This document shows, piece after piece, positions 60,865-64,000 of a stretch of 64,000 bases of DNA. The stretch covers positions 99,140,001 through 99,204,000 of the forward strand of contig NC_045697.1 of assembly GCF_009834535.1 (NCBI RefSeq), given 5' to 3'. The notes under the pieces were generated by a model. That model was not told the DNA's origin, did no database searches, and saw only the letters and a list, made by a program, of their open reading frames with translations. The translations under genes and the position numbers were made by a program. This DNA comes from Camelus ferus. Its lineage: Eukaryota. Position 1 is the first letter of the stretch. Each line of letters begins with the position of its first letter.

Positions 60865-62949
60865 CCTCCAGTCCCCCTACGTTCACTCTTCACCTGGCTA
60901 ACTCCTTCTACTTATCCTTGAACGCTGAACTCTAACATCACACGCAGGAAGTGTTCCCTATCATCAGCTCAGCTGTTGCTTCCTCTCTGAGCATCCAAAG
61001 CACCCTCTGCTTTTTCTCTGCTGGCCTTCCTACTGCCTGGATGACAACCATGTGCTCACCCATCCATCTCCCCTGTTAGGCTGTGAGTCCCTGGCCAGAC
61101 TTCATCTTTGGACTCACCTGCCTCTTGCAGTGCCTGTCATTAGATAGGGACCGGATGAAAGAGTGAATGAGTTAATGCCAGAAAATGGGTCCGTGATTAG
61201 CTGTTTCACATAACCTTCCTGATTCCCTCCTGACCCCTCCTCAGGTCAACTCAGGATAACTTTTTTTTTTTTTTTTTTTGACTTAGGAGAGAGCCATCTG
61301 CTTTTTCATGAGCTCCTACCCAAATCATTGTTCCATGGAAGAGAAGGGGTGTTTTCCTACTTGGCAGATGGGGTGTGTGTACAGATTACTATATAAAAGA
61401 ATTGAGGAAGCATTGTAGAATCTGAATACATCTTTCAAGTTTTTTGAGACAACATTTTAAGATGGGGCTACTACAGCTGATGGTTATCTATCTGTGTGTG
61501 CCAAAGTGGCCAGAAAGACGAATGTGTCCCCACCTGTTCATTTGATACCAGTCGTATAATTTGACCGGTGTCTGAAACCTCTACTTATACAACCTACTGT
61601 CGGTGAAGTTCTTGACATAATGGTTACCGCAATTTTCCTTTATCCTTTCCTGCTGTGGGAAATGCAGGACTAGGTTGGTGTGTTATAAGACACTCCTTCT
61701 GGCCCTTTTTTGTCCACCCCCGCCTCAACCTTTATTTTCCATCACAACTTCCCCAGAACAGGCTTTTCCACATTCTTACCCAGGCCACCTGATGACTAGC
61801 TTGTCTCTTCTCCAAATTCCTCCACACGATTCATGTTTCCTCAAGGCTCTCCCTGGACTGAATTCTCATGAAGAGCACCAGCCATTGACTAATACAGCAA
61901 ATGATATCCCTGTTTCCAAAATATCAATCACCCATTCAAAGAATCACTGAGCTGGAAGGGACCTCTGGGCAGCACTGTACCTGAACGTCTCTTGATGAGA
62001 CTCTACAAGACATTTTGTTAGATGTTTGTCCATCCATCCATCTGTGAAAAATCACGGTGATTGATTGAGAGATGGGTCCTACACTGAACATAATGTATTT
62101 GGAGACAGATGTCCAACATATCACAGTCACCCAGAGGGAACCTTCTCGCCCATATGATTCCTCTTCTAATGTCTGATGTTCAAACTGACATTTGAGGCAG
62201 AGAGAAAAATGTGTCCAGATCAAACTCTCTAGCTGAATAGTATGGGGCCCTACAGTTATGACAGAAAAGAGAAAAATCACAGCAGGAGAGCAGCCAAGGA
62301 ATTTCTCTTGGGAAACAACATCAAGGGCTTTGGGGACCACCATGTGCTGCCTTGAATATCAGCATAAGCAGAGCAAATGTGGCTGAACAGGGAGATGTCC
62401 CGAGGGCTCACACAGCAGGAAGACCCTTGCCTCCCACCACTCCCCAGTCTTGCCCGGGGGCCCAGCCTTCCTCCGCATGTTGAACAAGCAGCATTTCTCC
62501 CTCTCTAACTTTCTAGCTGCTATTAGTCTGTGGGAAACCAACCCTAGGTCTTGCCATAAATTACTTTAGCACATAGGCCAATTGCCTTCTAGGTGATAAA
62601 AAGAATTAGCAGATGTCAGAGGCTATCTCTAGGATTATTGGACACTTTTGTGTTTTCTTTACCTTTATTTGTACCTTGCTATTTTCATAAGAAGCATGCA
62701 TTATTTTAATATTTGGGGGAGAGGAAAATGATGAAAGATAAAACATTTTTCTGCCTCTGTCGTTGATGTTGAAATGAAGGAATGAATCGTGAAGCCTAGA
62801 GCCAAAGCAATAGCTCACTTTCACACGAGGGATAAAAGTGAACGTGATACTGATTTCTGGCAAAAATTCAGGACAAAAGATTAAACACAGAATCTGTGAA
62901 AATATGTAAAACAAGGAAGCCACTGTTTGCACCATTCCTTTGTTGTTAA

Positions 62950-64000
62950 TCTGCTGCAGCGGAGGCATGCTATGTATATCACGTTTCTCAAGCCAAGGTG
63001 GTATTTAATAGTCTCTCTCGTGATGACTTCTGGACAAAATGGAAAAAGGTGCAGAGAATTCAAAGGTAGGCTGCTTGGAAGCTGATGGAAATTCTGGGCC
63101 CTACTGAGGTCCAGATGGTGTGATCCTGGAAGGAGTTCTCTAATGGGGAACGACAAGTCACTGTCGTTGATCTGGATGCAGGTAGCCGATGTGACGATAC
63201 AAACCTGAGAAGATGAGGTCAAGACCCTACCTGCGGAGTTTCTGAGATGCTGGAAACCTCAGTAGAAACTCAGATCAAACTCAACAGAGATAAGTCTTGA
63301 ATTTAGGTTAAAAAAATCAGCTGTGCAAGTTCAGAATGGGAGGCAGGGCAGTGGGTTAAACAGAATGTGGGCTTTGGAGTCACACAGTCTGCTGGGTTCA
63401 AATCCTAGCACCTTGGGTGAATTACAACCTCACTCAGCCTCCATGTAGATGGGAGAAGGAAGTACTGACAGTACATTGACCAGCACAGGGCCTGGCTCAT
63501 GGGCACAGGACGTGCTCAACAACTGGTAGCTGCTATTATTATCATTATTAAACCTGGTCTGATGAGTCTGTCACATGTGTACCATGAAGGAGTTTCACCA
63601 CCCACGAGAGCAGTAAGAACTGACAAAGTGACGAGGCTGTAAAACAAGGGAATCCGAAATCGTACCATCATAGCCCATACTGATCAGAAACCATCTGGAA
63701 TCCATCGCTCAGCTCAGGACGCCATGTCTTAAGAGAGACATCAGGAAGCTGGAGGGTGTCCAGCTGTGTGACACGACAGTGAGAAATAGCTGAAGGAACT
63801 AAAATTATTTGGTAAGGAAAAATGAATCTAACACGGATCACAATAAAGCTCTCCAGATACTTGAAGCGTTCTTCAAGAGAGAAGCAAGTTACTCCGTTGT
63901 TCGCGAAGACAAATCTCTACAAGTCTTCAGCAGAGTTTGGTTAATCAAAGGGAGCACTTTTCAACTGATGTGACAGAGGAACAGATTGCTTGACGAAGCA
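62950..64000 (+). mobile_element. CR1/L3 LINE remnant interrupted by a MIR (~63340-63550)
   Basis: tggaaggagttctctaatgggg and ttaagagagacatcaggaagctggagggtgtccag...ctgaaggaact resemble L3 ORF2. The MIR has gctttggagtcacacagtctgctgggttcaaatcc. Confidence 0.55.

Larger units (their letters stand above)
34007..64000 (-). other. MAML3: Long MAML3 intron (upstream exons lie outside the window)
   Basis: No further MAML3-like coding sequence is visible. The large N-terminal exons (basic Notch-binding domain, long polyQ) are absent from the window. Confidence 0.8.

Noticed and set aside
1..64000. Prokaryotic-type systems (CRISPR array, operons, defence islands)
   Set aside because: The sequence is clearly mammalian (spliced gene, L1/SINE/ERV content), with no regularly spaced repeat-spacer array.

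Overview
Mammalian genomic DNA, most likely camelid (inferred from a ~100-140 bp tRNA-derived SINE type). The only host gene supported is the 3' half of MAML3 (mastermind-like 3, Notch co-activator) on the minus strand. It has three coding exons (34006-33761, 29731-29647, 26404-25407) with canonical, phase-compatible splice sites and a ~2.5 kb 3'UTR ending near an AATAAA at 22881-22876. Everything right of 34006 is a long upstream intron with old repeats and a CpG-rich island at ~38.4-39.7 kb. Left of the gene is a transposon pile-up. A ~5.5 kb non-coding two-LTR ERV (minus strand) carries a nested solo LTR, and a 14.6 kb nest holds four plus-strand LINE-1-derived elements. The most interesting signal is two structurally different ORF1-only, ORF2-less L1 derivatives, each bounded by target-site duplications (TSDs). 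One (8322-11371) joins the inter-ORF spacer directly to the extreme 3' end of ORF2. The other (2136-3846) has a composite 3' end of antisense L1 pieces plus a unique polyadenylated tail. That tail reappears as an independent TSD-flanked insertion at 34418-34699, which points to a mobilised non-autonomous (HAL1-like) family. All alignments were done by eye and repeat family names are from recognition, not database searches.
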